Shown piece by piece: positions 54,016 to 63,860 of a stretch of DNA of 64,000 bases. A program made the translations under genes and the position numbers. Origin of the DNA: Gammaproteobacteria bacterium (lineage in GTDB: Bacteria; Pseudomonadota; Gammaproteobacteria; SZUA-229); assembly GCA_036567985.1 (NCBI GenBank), contig DATCTK010000012.1, positions 15,973 to 79,972 on the forward strand. The letters run 5' to 3'. The stretch's first letter is position 1, and the number at the start of each line of letters is the position of its first letter. The notes beneath the pieces are model-generated. The model had not been told where the DNA came from, ran no database searches, and saw nothing but the letters and a program-made list of their open reading frames with translations.

Positions 54016-55428
54016 TTATCTGTCCCAGCGATTTTCATGGCGCTTGTCGTGCTTGTCTTCCTTGTTGTAACGCTTGTGTGAGCGCTTGTCCTTGCTGATC
54101 GCCCAGGTGCCATCTCCATCAGGTGCAGCTGAATGCTGGATATTGACATACAATGTGTGGGGGTCAGTTGGGCTGAAGTAAATGCCGGTACCCTCGGCAC
54201 CTGGATCAGTCAGTGAAGCAAACAGCTTGACCTTCTCAGAGGCGCCAAACTGGTTAACCTTTGCAGTTGATGCAAACCAGATGTCGGACGGCTTGTTGTC
54301 TTCAATCATGATCAGGTCGCCATTGGGGGCTTCTGCCAGATTGTCCACACTGTCAAAACCAGTCTGGTGATTGGCATCTCCTGGCTTGCCGATTTCTACC
54401 GGTGCATTCACGCCTGGCTTAATAAAGTCTGTGACCTGCATGGTGTTCATATTCAGCGCAATCACACGGCCTTCGTAAAGTTCGCTCTTGAACTCCAGCT
54501 CGCCAAAGTTGCTCTGTGCCGGATTGGTTTCCGTAGCCACATCACGTGGACCTTCGGTGATCGCGACATACAGCGTGTCACCGATGATTTCCAGGTCTTC
54601 AGGGCGCTGGTAGCTCTGTGCGCCGTATTCAGTGCCGGAGGTGCGGGCATTCAGCGGATCAATCGGACCAACCCACTCAGCCTGGCCAAGGCCATCTGCG
54701 TCGTTTACTTTAAGAGCATAGAGCTCACCAGATGACAGGTCACCAAAACGGTTAGGCACGAATTTGTAGACGCCACCGCCGCAGGGTACAACGTTTTCAC
54801 AGCCAGAGGAGCGACCGCGGTGCTCATCCACCATATATACATTGCCATCCGCATCCAGGTCGATGCCTTCATGCGCCAGACGACCCATTTGTGGGCGGTC
54901 GATAACTTCAGCCGCCGACATCATGTCGTCGTTCAGCACCAGCTCGAACATACGGCCACCAGTGGTTTCTTCGGCAAATAACACAGTGCCCCATGGGGTC
55001 CAGCGAATGCCGTCCAGTGCCGTGTAACCATCTTCACCACCCAGTTGCGCCAGTACGCGGGTTTCGCCTGTGTGCAGGTCAACCACGGATACGGTGCCAC
55101 CAATGGCATCGACTACGCTGTCACGACCCAGACGAACTTCGTGGGTACGGTACATAAAACGACCCGCCTGTGGGCCGGTTTCGTTGACGACATTCATGTC
55201 ATGCCAGTCGGCACGGCCATCGGGGTAGATATTTAAATCGGTTTCGTCAGACACAACCTGCTGGTTGAAGCCTTCAGGCAGTTTCCAGGGCGTAGTGGCG
55301 TCCCAGTCAGCAGCATTGGCGGATTCGTCCAGTGACTTGAAGTTAAACGAGTGATAACCCGTTGCATGGCTGGCAGCTGTTGCTGCACAACCGGCCACGA
55401 TAGCCGCAAACAGTATAGATTTTTTCAT
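54016..55428 (-). CDS. phoX: PhoX/DUF839 family alkaline phosphatase-like protein
   Basis: GRLAHEG, RPEDLE, DNL..., EGTGIYFSP, VNIQH motifs; upstream Pho box. Confidence 0.75.
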   Translation of the reverse strand: MKKSILFAAIVAGCAATAASHATGYHSFNFKSLDESANAADWDATTPWKLPEGFNQQVVSDETDLNIYPDGRADWHDMNVVNETGPQAGRFMYRTHEVRLGRDSVVDAIGGTVSVVDLHTGETRVLAQLGGEDGYTALDGIRWTPWGTVLFAEETTGGRMFELVLNDDMMSAAEVIDRPQMGRLAHEGIDLDADGNVYMVDEHRGRSSGCENVVPCGGGVYKFVPNRFGDLSSGELYALKVNDADGLGQAEWVGPIDPLNARTSGTEYGAQSYQRPEDLEIIGDTLYVAITEGPRDVATETNPAQSNFGELEFKSELYEGRVIALNMNTMQVTDFIKPGVNAPVEIGKPGDANHQTGFDSVDNLAEAPNGDLIMIEDNKPSDIWFASTAKVNQFGASEKVKLFASLTDPGAEGTGIYFSPTDPHTLYVNIQHSAAPDGDGTWAISKDKRSHKRYNKEDKHDKRHENRWDR

Positions 55429-55493
55429 ATGACGCTCCAGTTACAATAGGAAAGAGTTAAGCCTTACGGGCAGGGTGTATATTGAGAGGGGGT

Positions 55494-55523
55494 CGTGACA
55501 AAGCTGTGAATCAACTGTGAAAT
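55494..55523 (-). promoter_or_regulatory. Pho box-like triple direct repeat
   Basis: Minus strand TTTCACA/ATTCACA/TGTCACG with exact 11-bp period, followed about 10 bp later by a CAATAT -10-like element. Confidence 0.7.
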
Positions 55524-55608
55524 AATCGTTAAATCAGGCTTGCTGAATTAAGTTGTTGATAGTGGGCTGGCCCAGCTGTGTTGTCAGTCGAATGTGCTAG
55601 AATGAAAA

Positions 55609-57111
55609 ATGACATATAAGTTGAAGAATATGCCTGATCATCGCCCCACTTCGATTAAACAGTTTTCATTTAAATATGCCACGATAATGTTTGTGGTTAT
55701 CTTTGTGGTTGCGCTACTGCACTACATGGCATATGGCCATCACATCAGTCAGCTGCGTGCCGAGGAGCATGCCCGAACGCTGCAGCATGTGGCCAATGAC
55801 ATAGGGCGCACGCTGGATTTTTACCAGACACTGGCGGATAAGATGGCGGCTCAGCCGGCAATCATCGATCTGTTGCAGTTTTCCCACAGGGAAAAAGTCC
55901 AGCAGTGGGCGAATAGGATGCAAAGCCTGATGCCGGAGAGTATCGGCTTTATGCTGTTTGATATGAATGGCAGGGTGCTGGGGGTGGAAAGTGAGCTGCG
56001 CCTGAGTGAACAGTGCCTGCTGGATGTACAGAGGCGTTTTAATAATCAGCCCACCGGTCATCCACCAGTACACTACCGAATTGAAAAACTGGCTCATTAC
56101 GACATTGTTTCTCCGGTATTGCTGGACGGTGAAAAAATCGGCCTGTTGTTTGTCAGCTTCAGCCTGCAAACCATAAAGAATCTATTGAACGAATTTGCCA
56201 TGGATAATCACCGGTATCGTGTGACTACATCCGAAGGTTACGATGTTGCATTTAACGGACAGATTGATAGTGGGCGCGGCTTGCAGGTCTACAGTCAGCC
56301 TGTTGAAAATAGCGACTGGACTATTGAGCTGGCCGTAATTAATGCCGATAACCGTGGCCTGCTCACCAGTGTATTTGTAACCGGGCTGCTGACTTTTACA
56401 CTGATCAGCCTGGTTCTGTATTTTTCAATGAAACGTATATCACGGGTGGTTATTTCAGATTTTGAAATCCTCAGCCGGATTATGAAAAATATCCGTGAAG
56501 GTGAATTTGACCCGGATAAGGTCAGAAATGTGTCATTAAAGGAAGCGCGTAATGTGCTCGGTTTTATAAAAAATACCGCACGTGAGCTGAACAGCTATCA
56601 GCAGAAGCTCAAACATGAAGGCGGTACCGATGAGTTAACCGGGCTGGCTAATCGGCGTATTTTAAATGCCGAAATCGAACATTATATTGAAAACAGTCGG
56701 CAGTTTAACAATAAATACCTGGTGATTCTTGATCTGGACTATTTCAAACAGATTAATGACAGCTATGGTCATGATGTGGGTGATCATGTGCTGAAGCTTT
56801 TGTCTGAAATTCTGATGAAACATGCCCGTAAGGGAGATGTGTGTGCCCGTTCAGGTGGGGATGAATTTATTTTACTGCTGGATGATTATACGGCTGATCA
56901 GGTCAATGCCTGGTACAAGCGCATCAGTAACGATATGTTGCGCGAAGTATTACGTTTTAATACGGAAAATGAACTGGATATAAGGTTTGGTGTTAGTGCC
57001 GGGGTGACGCCGATAAGAGGTGATGACAACAAAAGCACGGTATTAAAAAGAGCGGATGAGGCGCTGTACAGGGTTAAGGCGCAGGGCAGAGGTTCAATCG
57101 AGTTTGTGTAG
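55609..57111 (+). CDS. Membrane sensor diguanylate cyclase
   Basis: Two TM helices flanking a periplasmic domain; RKGD I-site plus GGDEF. Confidence 0.88.
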   Translation: MTYKLKNMPDHRPTSIKQFSFKYATIMFVVIFVVALLHYMAYGHHISQLRAEEHARTLQHVANDIGRTLDFYQTLADKMAAQPAIIDLLQFSHREKVQQWANRMQSLMPESIGFMLFDMNGRVLGVESELRLSEQCLLDVQRRFNNQPTGHPPVHYRIEKLAHYDIVSPVLLDGEKIGLLFVSFSLQTIKNLLNEFAMDNHRYRVTTSEGYDVAFNGQIDSGRGLQVYSQPVENSDWTIELAVINADNRGLLTSVFVTGLLTFTLISLVLYFSMKRISRVVISDFEILSRIMKNIREGEFDPDKVRNVSLKEARNVLGFIKNTARELNSYQQKLKHEGGTDELTGLANRRILNAEIEHYIENSRQFNNKYLVILDLDYFKQINDSYGHDVGDHVLKLLSEILMKHARKGDVCARSGGDEFILLLDDYTADQVNAWYKRISNDMLREVLRFNTENELDIRFGVSAGVTPIRGDDNKSTVLKRADEALYRVKAQGRGSIEFV

Positions 57112-57170
57112 GCTGGATCAGTCAAAGTGGATCTGGCTGTTATGCGTACTGACTGCAGGTGGGGTTATTA

Positions 57171-57287
57171 AAAAGAAAACGCACTAAAGTGCTGGAGCAC
57201 AGGAGTGCGGAATAAATAAACGCAATTAGAATCATATGCAGCTTTGTGTGTATTCGCGGTTTTCGTGTTGTTGCCGTTTACCTTTTG
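57171..57287 (+). repeat. Composite repeat with AAAAGAAAACGC arm and overlapping GGA hairpins
   Basis: gtgc-tgga-gcac / gcac-agga-gtgc then ggaataaat; matches the reverse complement of 11855-11880. Confidence 0.7.
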
Positions 57288-57389
57288 ATAGCGGGTTTGT
57301 TTACAGTAGAAAAGACATGCGCAGCTGTGTCTTTTCAAAAGTAGATTGGCCTGCCATAGCACGCTGTATAACGCAATGATGCAGGCAGG

Positions 57390-59426
57390 CTAGAAGCTGT
57401 AAGTGTATTGCAGGTAACTGGTAAAGCCTGCACCACCGGGAATGGCGGTGACCTTGCGCCGTACCGGTTCCGGGTAGCGGTAGTCTTCGTCGGTGACATT
57501 ATTCAGAATCAGCCGAACTTCATGTGCTTTCTGCCGATAGGTGGCAGCCAGATTAACCAGTGTGTAGGCATCAATACTGGCGCGTTCGCCAGTATCAAGC
57601 AAGGTGTCTTTCTTGCCAATGTGTTGCGCGGTTAAACTCATATTCAGTTGTTTGCTGGCGTAGTAGGTCAGAATTGCGTTGGCACTTTCATTGGCAATAA
57701 AGGGCGCTTCGTCTTCATCCAGTGAGTTGTCCTTGCCACCCAGATAGGCTGCATTGAGTATCAGCTCGTAGTCCTGTAGGAACATGGTTTTCCACTCCGC
57801 TTCAACGCCGTGCATGGTTTTGCCATCGCCATTTATATAGATGGTTTCGTTGCTGTTGGGCAGGGGTGATCTTAAAATTTCATTTTCCAGTTCCAGGTTG
57901 TACAGGGTGAGTTGCAGCTGATTGTTAGGGTTGATCTGTGACTCTATCCCTGCTTCATAGGTTTTGATGGTTTCCCGTTGCAGGTTCTCATCACCCTGCA
58001 GTACATTCGTCAGTGCGACATATTTTTCAATAAACATCGGTGTGCGGAAGGCTTCACTGTATAGTAGTTTGGCATAGGTGCCGGGGAAAATCTGACGGGT
58101 GATGCCCAGTCGAGGCATCAGCCCGCTGCCGCCGGATTCGGAATTGCTCTCGCCACGGGCGCCGGCGATCAGAATCGTGTCGCTGTCAGGTTGATATTTA
58201 ACCTGCGCATAAATCGCCACGGTTTGCGTGTCATGTTCGTCTGCAATGGCTGGCTGGTTTAAAGAGTCGTCTGCATCATAGCGAAACAGCAACGGCTCCG
58301 AGGTCTGTTCTTCATAGGTCGCGCCAACAATATAATTCAGCTGGTCATTGATATGTTCTTTATATTGCACTTCCATGCTGTAGCGTTGCACGGTGCTATA
58401 TACCGTGGATGCGGTGTCTGATTGACCCGACGGATTAGTTGCGGTGCACTGGCTGGGCGGAATGTTCAGGGCGCTGCACTCTGCCGGATCAGCCGGGAAA
58501 GGAAAGGCATCCACATGGATGTCCTTGTCACTGATATCGTAACGTAGCCAGAAATTGAGTTCTGACCGCTCAAAGGAAAGGGTTTTATTTGCGTCCAGGT
58601 AACCTACATAGGTTTCGAAGTTGCCATTCTGCCACACCCAGGGATTAATGCCGTACAGTGCCTTTTCTCGATCAAAAAAAGCCGCATTGATGCGCCAGTC
58701 ATCGCCGTAGCTGTCAATAAACACATTGTTCAGGTCATAGTGGTAATCCATATCCACATCATTACCAAATTCATCCTGGGTACCGTCATAGCGGTAACCA
58801 TCATCCCGCTGCACACTGGCCGCCATGCTCAGGCCATCACGGTGATGCACAATACTGCCATAGCGATGGGAATGACTGCCGGCACGAAACGACAGCAGAC
58901 TGTCATGCTCTGCGCCCTGTTTGGTAATGATATTGATTACGCCGTTGGTGGCATTGGTGCCATAGAGTACCGAGGCAGGGCTGCGCACCACTTCCAGGCG
59001 CTCGACGATTTCGATGGGAATATAATCCAGCAGGGTGGAGCCAAACAGACTTTCATAGGATGGGTGGCCATTAATCAGGTACAGGGACTTATTATTAAAA
59101 ATACCTGGGGTGATGCCGCGAAAGGTCTGTGTGGTCTGGCCGAGATAACTTTCGTTTTTAACAATGCCGGGCAGCAGGCTGATGGCATCGTGCAGATTGA
59201 TAATGCCCCATTGTTTGAGCTGTTGTGCGGTGATCACCGAAATGGTGGCGGGTGACTGCGCCGCGGTTTCGTTTTCCTGGGAGGCGGTATAGATTTCCAC
59301 CTGCATCAGCTCTTCAAGTGATAGCGAGAACAGGTCTTCAGGGGCAGCTTCAGCTGCGTAAGCCGTTGAGGGCAGGCAAAGCGACGAGATTATTATAGCT
59401 ATCTTTCGAAGGCTGGTACCGTTCAT
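57390..59426 (-). CDS. TonB-dependent outer membrane receptor
   Basis: Signal peptide, LSLEELMQVEI, plug domain (SPASVLYG), C-terminal YTYSF. Confidence 0.9.
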   Translation of the reverse strand: MNGTSLRKIAIIISSLCLPSTAYAAEAAPEDLFSLSLEELMQVEIYTASQENETAAQSPATISVITAQQLKQWGIINLHDAISLLPGIVKNESYLGQTTQTFRGITPGIFNNKSLYLINGHPSYESLFGSTLLDYIPIEIVERLEVVRSPASVLYGTNATNGVINIITKQGAEHDSLLSFRAGSHSHRYGSIVHHRDGLSMAASVQRDDGYRYDGTQDEFGNDVDMDYHYDLNNVFIDSYGDDWRINAAFFDREKALYGINPWVWQNGNFETYVGYLDANKTLSFERSELNFWLRYDISDKDIHVDAFPFPADPAECSALNIPPSQCTATNPSGQSDTASTVYSTVQRYSMEVQYKEHINDQLNYIVGATYEEQTSEPLLFRYDADDSLNQPAIADEHDTQTVAIYAQVKYQPDSDTILIAGARGESNSESGGSGLMPRLGITRQIFPGTYAKLLYSEAFRTPMFIEKYVALTNVLQGDENLQRETIKTYEAGIESQINPNNQLQLTLYNLELENEILRSPLPNSNETIYINGDGKTMHGVEAEWKTMFLQDYELILNAAYLGGKDNSLDEDEAPFIANESANAILTYYASKQLNMSLTAQHIGKKDTLLDTGERASIDAYTLVNLAATYRQKAHEVRLILNNVTDEDYRYPEPVRRKVTAIPGGAGFTSYLQYTYSF

Positions 59427-59467
59427 AGACTCCGCTCGGGGCGTTTACATATTTACAGGGTCATTTT

Positions 59468-59735
59468 TAGGGTGCCTCTGAACAATGCTGATATGTCTCT
59501 GCGAGACCTGAAGCGTGCAGCTACAAGGCGTGCTTCGCAGTGAATGGCCCGGTCCTTTACAAGAAGCACAACACGGTAGATGTGCGCTTCAGGACTCGCC
59601 CTTCGGGGCTTGCAGGTGTGCCCGCACTCTGTGTTAGCGTTTTTCACCAGGCTTCAGCATGCTTTCAAAACGCTGCCTTGATTGCGAACACACCTGTAAG
59701 CCAGAGATATGTCATCATTGTTCAGAGGTACCCTA
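59468..59735. mobile_element. 268-bp non-autonomous MITE-like element
   Basis: 34-bp imperfect terminal inverted repeats (59468-59501 / 59702-59735), TA at both ends, two long internal hairpins, no transposase. Confidence 0.75.
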
Positions 59736-59806
59736 TAACCATTATAGACGATGATTTGTAATATGCAGGGTGCCTGGCCCTGAACGGGTGAGGTGTCTGT
59801 CAGTGG

Positions 59807-60352
59807 CTAATTGCTATCGCGCTGGCATTTGAAATGGCGGTACAGGTTCTGTTTAAGCTGTTCGGCAATATCCGGCAGCAGTTCATCCACCGCCTGGTCG
59901 ATTTGCTGGCGCGTGGTTGCTAGCGTGCTGGCGGCCTGTTGTTCAGTCTCATCCACGGGTATCCGGGTCGACGGTGAGGTGACTTCCTGTACATCCAGTT
60001 CAAGGTATTCATCGGTTTCATCGGTTGCTGTGTCGTCTTCCACCAGTGCCGGGTCAAAGGGCGCCAGTTCCGCTGGAACCTGATCGATTTCTACCGCAGC
60101 AATCTGCAATGGATCAGAAAATGGATCAGAATCGGCCGGGTCTTCGCTGCCGATCTCATCGTTTGCCAGTTCCACCTTGCTTAAGGCGTCTGCGGAAAAT
60201 GCATCATTATGGGATGCATTTATGTCGGTAGCTGCCCAATTGTCCTCTTCATCGATACTGAACTGGTGCGCATCAAAGTGATGGTACATGTCTTCATCAC
60301 CGGTGCGGATAAAATCGGTGAGAGTCGGAATGTCCTGATCGCTATGGCTCAT
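59807..60352 (-). CDS. Acidic, largely disordered hypothetical protein downstream of holC
   Basis: DIPTLTD N-terminal motif, D/E-rich linker, C-terminal amphipathic helix. Confidence 0.7.
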   Translation of the reverse strand: MSHSDQDIPTLTDFIRTGDEDMYHHFDAHQFSIDEEDNWAATDINASHNDAFSADALSKVELANDEIGSEDPADSDPFSDPLQIAAVEIDQVPAELAPFDPALVEDDTATDETDEYLELDVQEVTSPSTRIPVDETEQQAASTLATTRQQIDQAVDELLPDIAEQLKQNLYRHFKCQRDSN

Positions 60353-60379
60353 TGGGTTTCATCCGGTCAGCTGCGCAGC

Positions 60380-60820
60380 TCAGGGCTGCAGGGTGTGGTG
60401 TTGCAGGCTGTAGCCCCGTTCGCGGTAGATTTTATAGTGCGCCCGCCCGCTTTGCTTGCGTTGCTCGTCCTGATTGAGAATTTCCTCAATCTGTAGCGCT
60501 TTGTCTGGTTCTGTAATATCGCAGGGGCGAGAGGACAGGTTAAGCACCACATCAAATCGGCTGTCATTCACGGCCTGGTTAGCGATCAGAATCGGCTGTT
60601 GCTGATCAACCGGTTCTAGCGTGGCAATGCCGTGGGGAATAAAACTGTCTGCCTGCAGATTCCACAACAGTTCATCCAGCTGCTGGCTGTCTTCGACAGA
60701 GTCCGTCTGCACCAGTACATGCTTGCCCGTTGACCAGTGTTGCTGCGCCAGCTTGCAGGCATACTGCTGCAGGCTGGCCTGCTCGCTATCCGCTAAAATG
60801 TAGAAATCTACATGGGGCAT
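60380..60820 (-). CDS. holC: DNA polymerase III chi subunit
   Basis: VDFYIL, LDELLW...DSFIPH, YRERGY; pepA-holC synteny. Confidence 0.92.
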   Translation of the reverse strand: MPHVDFYILADSEQASLQQYACKLAQQHWSTGKHVLVQTDSVEDSQQLDELLWNLQADSFIPHGIATLEPVDQQQPILIANQAVNDSRFDVVLNLSSRPCDITEPDKALQIEEILNQDEQRKQSGRAHYKIYRERGYSLQHHTLQP

Positions 60821-60825
60821 TCGAT

Positions 60826-62328
60826 TTATTTCCCTGCCTCTGCAATGCGATCAAACAGATACTGCATCAACAGTGGCACCGGACGCCCGGTGGCACCCTT
60901 CTCCTTGCCAGATTTCCAGGCCACACCGGCAATATCCAGGTGTGCCCAGCGATACTTCTTGGTGAAGCGGGAGAGAAAGCAGGCGGCGGTAATGGTGCCG
61001 GCTTCGCGCCCGCCGATATTGGCGATATCGGCAAAGTTACTGTCCAGCTGATCCTGGTAGTCGTCCCACAGGGGTAATTCCCAGCAACGGTCACCGGCAT
61101 CACGCCCTGCATTCAGCAGATCGTTGATTAACGGGTTGTGGTTGCCCAGCAAGCCCGCCGGGTGGCTGCCCAGGGCAATAATACAGGCACCGGTCAGGGT
61201 GGCGATATCAATCACCACATCAGGGTCAAATTTCTGCGCATAGGTCAGTGCATCGCACAGTACCAGGCGGCCTTCGGCATCGGTGTTAAGAATTTCAATG
61301 GTCAGCCCCGACATGCTGGTGACAATATCACCGGGCTTGGTCGCCAGGCCATCGGGCAGGTTCTCGGTAGCGGGAATAATGCCCACCACATTGCAGGGCA
61401 GTTGCAAATCGGCACAGGCGCTCAATACACCCAGTACACTGGCTGCGCCACACATGTCGTATTTCATCTCATCCATTGCGGCCCCTGGCTTCAGGCTGAT
61501 GCCACCGGAATCAAAGGTGACGCCCTTGCCCACAAGTACAATCGGCTGCTGATCTTTTGCACCGCCTTTGTGTTGCATGGTAATCAGTTTGGCGGGCTGG
61601 CGCGAACCGCGGGATACCGAGAGAAATGATCCCATGCCAAGTTTTTCCATGTCCGCTTCTTCCAGGATTTCTACCTTGAAGTTACGGTGGGTTTTTTCCA
61701 GTGAGCGGGCCTGTTCAGCCAGGTAGGTTGGGGTGCAGATATTGCCCGGCAGGTTGGACAGGTCTCGGGTCAGTTTAATCCCGGACGAAATGGCCATGCC
61801 TTCGCGCACCGCCTTTTCACCTTCCGGCAGTTCACGACGGCTGGGTACACTGAAAATGACCTTGCGCAGTGGACGGCGGGTATTTTCCTTTTTGCTTTTT
61901 AGCTGATCAAAACGGTAGAGCGCATCTTCCGTGGCCTGCACCGCATGGCTGACTTTCCAGTAGGAATCGCGGTTTTTAACATTCAGTTCGCTGATGCATG
62001 AAAACACCTCGGTGGCACCGCGGTCGTCAAGAAACGTGGCGACCACGCTATTGGCTTTCTGGAAGGCCTTGATGTCAAAATGCTTTTCACGCCCGCAACC
62101 AATCAGTAAGATGCGGTCGCAGAGTGTATTGGGTACATTGTGTAGCAACAGGGTCTGGCCCAGTTTGCCTTCACATTCGCCACGGCGAATCAGGTTGGAA
62201 ATAAAGCCATCGCTGGCTTCATCGAGAATTTGTGCCGAGGGGGATAATTTGCGCGACTCGAAAACGCCAACGGCGACACAGGAAATGCGTTGTTTTTCCG
62301 GGCTTCCGCTCTTTACCGAAAATTCCAT
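60826..62328 (-). CDS. pepA: Leucyl aminopeptidase
   Basis: GKGVTFDSGG, MKYDM, NTDAEGRL, HLDIAG. Confidence 0.96.
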   Translation of the reverse strand: MEFSVKSGSPEKQRISCVAVGVFESRKLSPSAQILDEASDGFISNLIRRGECEGKLGQTLLLHNVPNTLCDRILLIGCGREKHFDIKAFQKANSVVATFLDDRGATEVFSCISELNVKNRDSYWKVSHAVQATEDALYRFDQLKSKKENTRRPLRKVIFSVPSRRELPEGEKAVREGMAISSGIKLTRDLSNLPGNICTPTYLAEQARSLEKTHRNFKVEILEEADMEKLGMGSFLSVSRGSRQPAKLITMQHKGGAKDQQPIVLVGKGVTFDSGGISLKPGAAMDEMKYDMCGAASVLGVLSACADLQLPCNVVGIIPATENLPDGLATKPGDIVTSMSGLTIEILNTDAEGRLVLCDALTYAQKFDPDVVIDIATLTGACIIALGSHPAGLLGNHNPLINDLLNAGRDAGDRCWELPLWDDYQDQLDSNFADIANIGGREAGTITAACFLSRFTKKYRWAHLDIAGVAWKSGKEKGATGRPVPLLMQYLFDRIAEAGK

Positions 62329-62654
62329 AGTTGCTCCATTTTGTAAATTTATTACTGCTAACAGACAATTCCTTCTAAAATACGTTCAGGCAAGTTGCTG
62401 TCTGGGGAATGTTCTGCCGCTGCGGCTGTATTGCAGACGGTTTATTTGCAGGGGATTTTATGCAATCTGCTGGCCGATATATAGCGTTATTTGTTAAAAA
62501 CCGGGAATATTTTGAAAAATTGCAATTTTCCTGCCTCTGAATACGCGCAAACTTGCTGAACTGCATCATAAAAGTGCAGTTCCCATGGGGTAGAATAGTC
62601 ACAAACATCAGCACATAAAACCGCCGTAAGATAACCAGATAGCTAGCCAATTTC

Positions 62655-63860
62655 ATGCTTAAACGCCATTTCACCATAATTGATCGTTATATCTCAAAAG
62701 AGCTGCTGCTGACCTGGCTGGCGGTGACCCTGGTGCTGATGCTGATTCTGCTCAGCGGCACCCTGGCAAGATTGCTGGGCAAGGCGGCAGAGGGCAGTAT
62801 TCCCGGTGATGCTGTGTGGCCATTGCTGATGTTTACCGGCGCACGTTACCTGATTCTACTGGTGCCCCTGAGTTTGTACCTGGGGGTGCTACTGAATTTC
62901 AGCCGCTTGTATAAAGACAATGAAATGGCGGCGCTGGGCGCCTGCGGTGTTGGCCTGAAGCGTTTATACCGGCCACTGTTGATAGTGGTGGTTCCTGCCA
63001 CCCTGTTACTTGCCTGTCTCACGCTGTTTGTCATGCCCTGGGTGTCGCAACAGGCAGAATTGCTCAAACTGGAAATTGATAATCAGTCGCAGCTTAGCGG
63101 GCTGGCACCGGGCCGCTTTAATGAGGCCAGTAATGGCGATGCGATTCTGTTTTTGCAACGCCAGTCCGATGACGGACATGTTATGCACAATGTGTTTATG
63201 CACCAGACTGTGGAAGAAAAACCACCGGGTGCTGAATCACCCGTAGAGCAGGCGTCCTCGCTACTGAAATTGCCACGGGTGGATGGCGCCCCAAGGTCCA
63301 GTCAGGCACGGGAAAATATCGAGTCCGCCAGCAGCGCGCGACGTTACCGGGATGAGCAGGGGCGACAGTTTATTATGTTTGAAGATGGTCGCACCTATGA
63401 AGGTGTACCGGGTCAGGCAGACTTTCGTATTATTGAGTATGCGCAGAAAGGGATCTTTCTGCCGGAAAGCGAAGTTGCAACTCAGCCCGGGCGCAAACAG
63501 TCACTGTCCACAATGGAATTACTGGCATCGGATCGTGCCGATTACACAGCGGAATTACACTGGCGCCTGTCGCTGCCGATCGCCTGTTTTCTGCTGGCCA
63601 TTCTCGCCCTGCCATTGAGTTACACCACACCGCGCAAAGGACGTTACTCGAAACTGGCGCTGGCGATCCTGATTTATCTTATTTATTCCAACCTGCTCGG
63701 GGTGGGGCAAAGCTGGGTAGAAAAACAGGCGGTGCCGCAGTGGCTGGGTATCTGGTGGGTACATGGGGTGGCGGTATTGCTGATTATTTACTGGTGGGGT
63801 AAACGCGCCGGCGGCATTCAACAGCTGTTAAGGCAGCGACAGGCGGTGAAGTCAGTATGA
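62655..63860 (+). CDS. lptF: LPS export permease LptF
   Basis: IDRYI, DNEMAALGACG, ELHWRLSLP; divergent from pepA. Confidence 0.92.
   Translation: MLKRHFTIIDRYISKELLLTWLAVTLVLMLILLSGTLARLLGKAAEGSIPGDAVWPLLMFTGARYLILLVPLSLYLGVLLNFSRLYKDNEMAALGACGVGLKRLYRPLLIVVVPATLLLACLTLFVMPWVSQQAELLKLEIDNQSQLSGLAPGRFNEASNGDAILFLQRQSDDGHVMHNVFMHQTVEEKPPGAESPVEQASSLLKLPRVDGAPRSSQARENIESASSARRYRDEQGRQFIMFEDGRTYEGVPGQADFRIIEYAQKGIFLPESEVATQPGRKQSLSTMELLASDRADYTAELHWRLSLPIACFLLAILALPLSYTTPRKGRYSKLALAILIYLIYSNLLGVGQSWVEKQAVPQWLGIWWVHGVAVLLIIYWWGKRAGGIQQLLRQRQAVKSV

Noticed and set aside
59468-59735. Cobalamin riboswitch upstream of the TonB receptor
   Set aside because: No B12 box or GGGAA/GCCACTG core on either strand; terminal inverted repeats fit a MITE better
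59736-59750. Fur box near the TonB receptor promoter
   Set aside because: Even with the MITE removed, only about 12/19 matches to GATAATGATAATCATTATC
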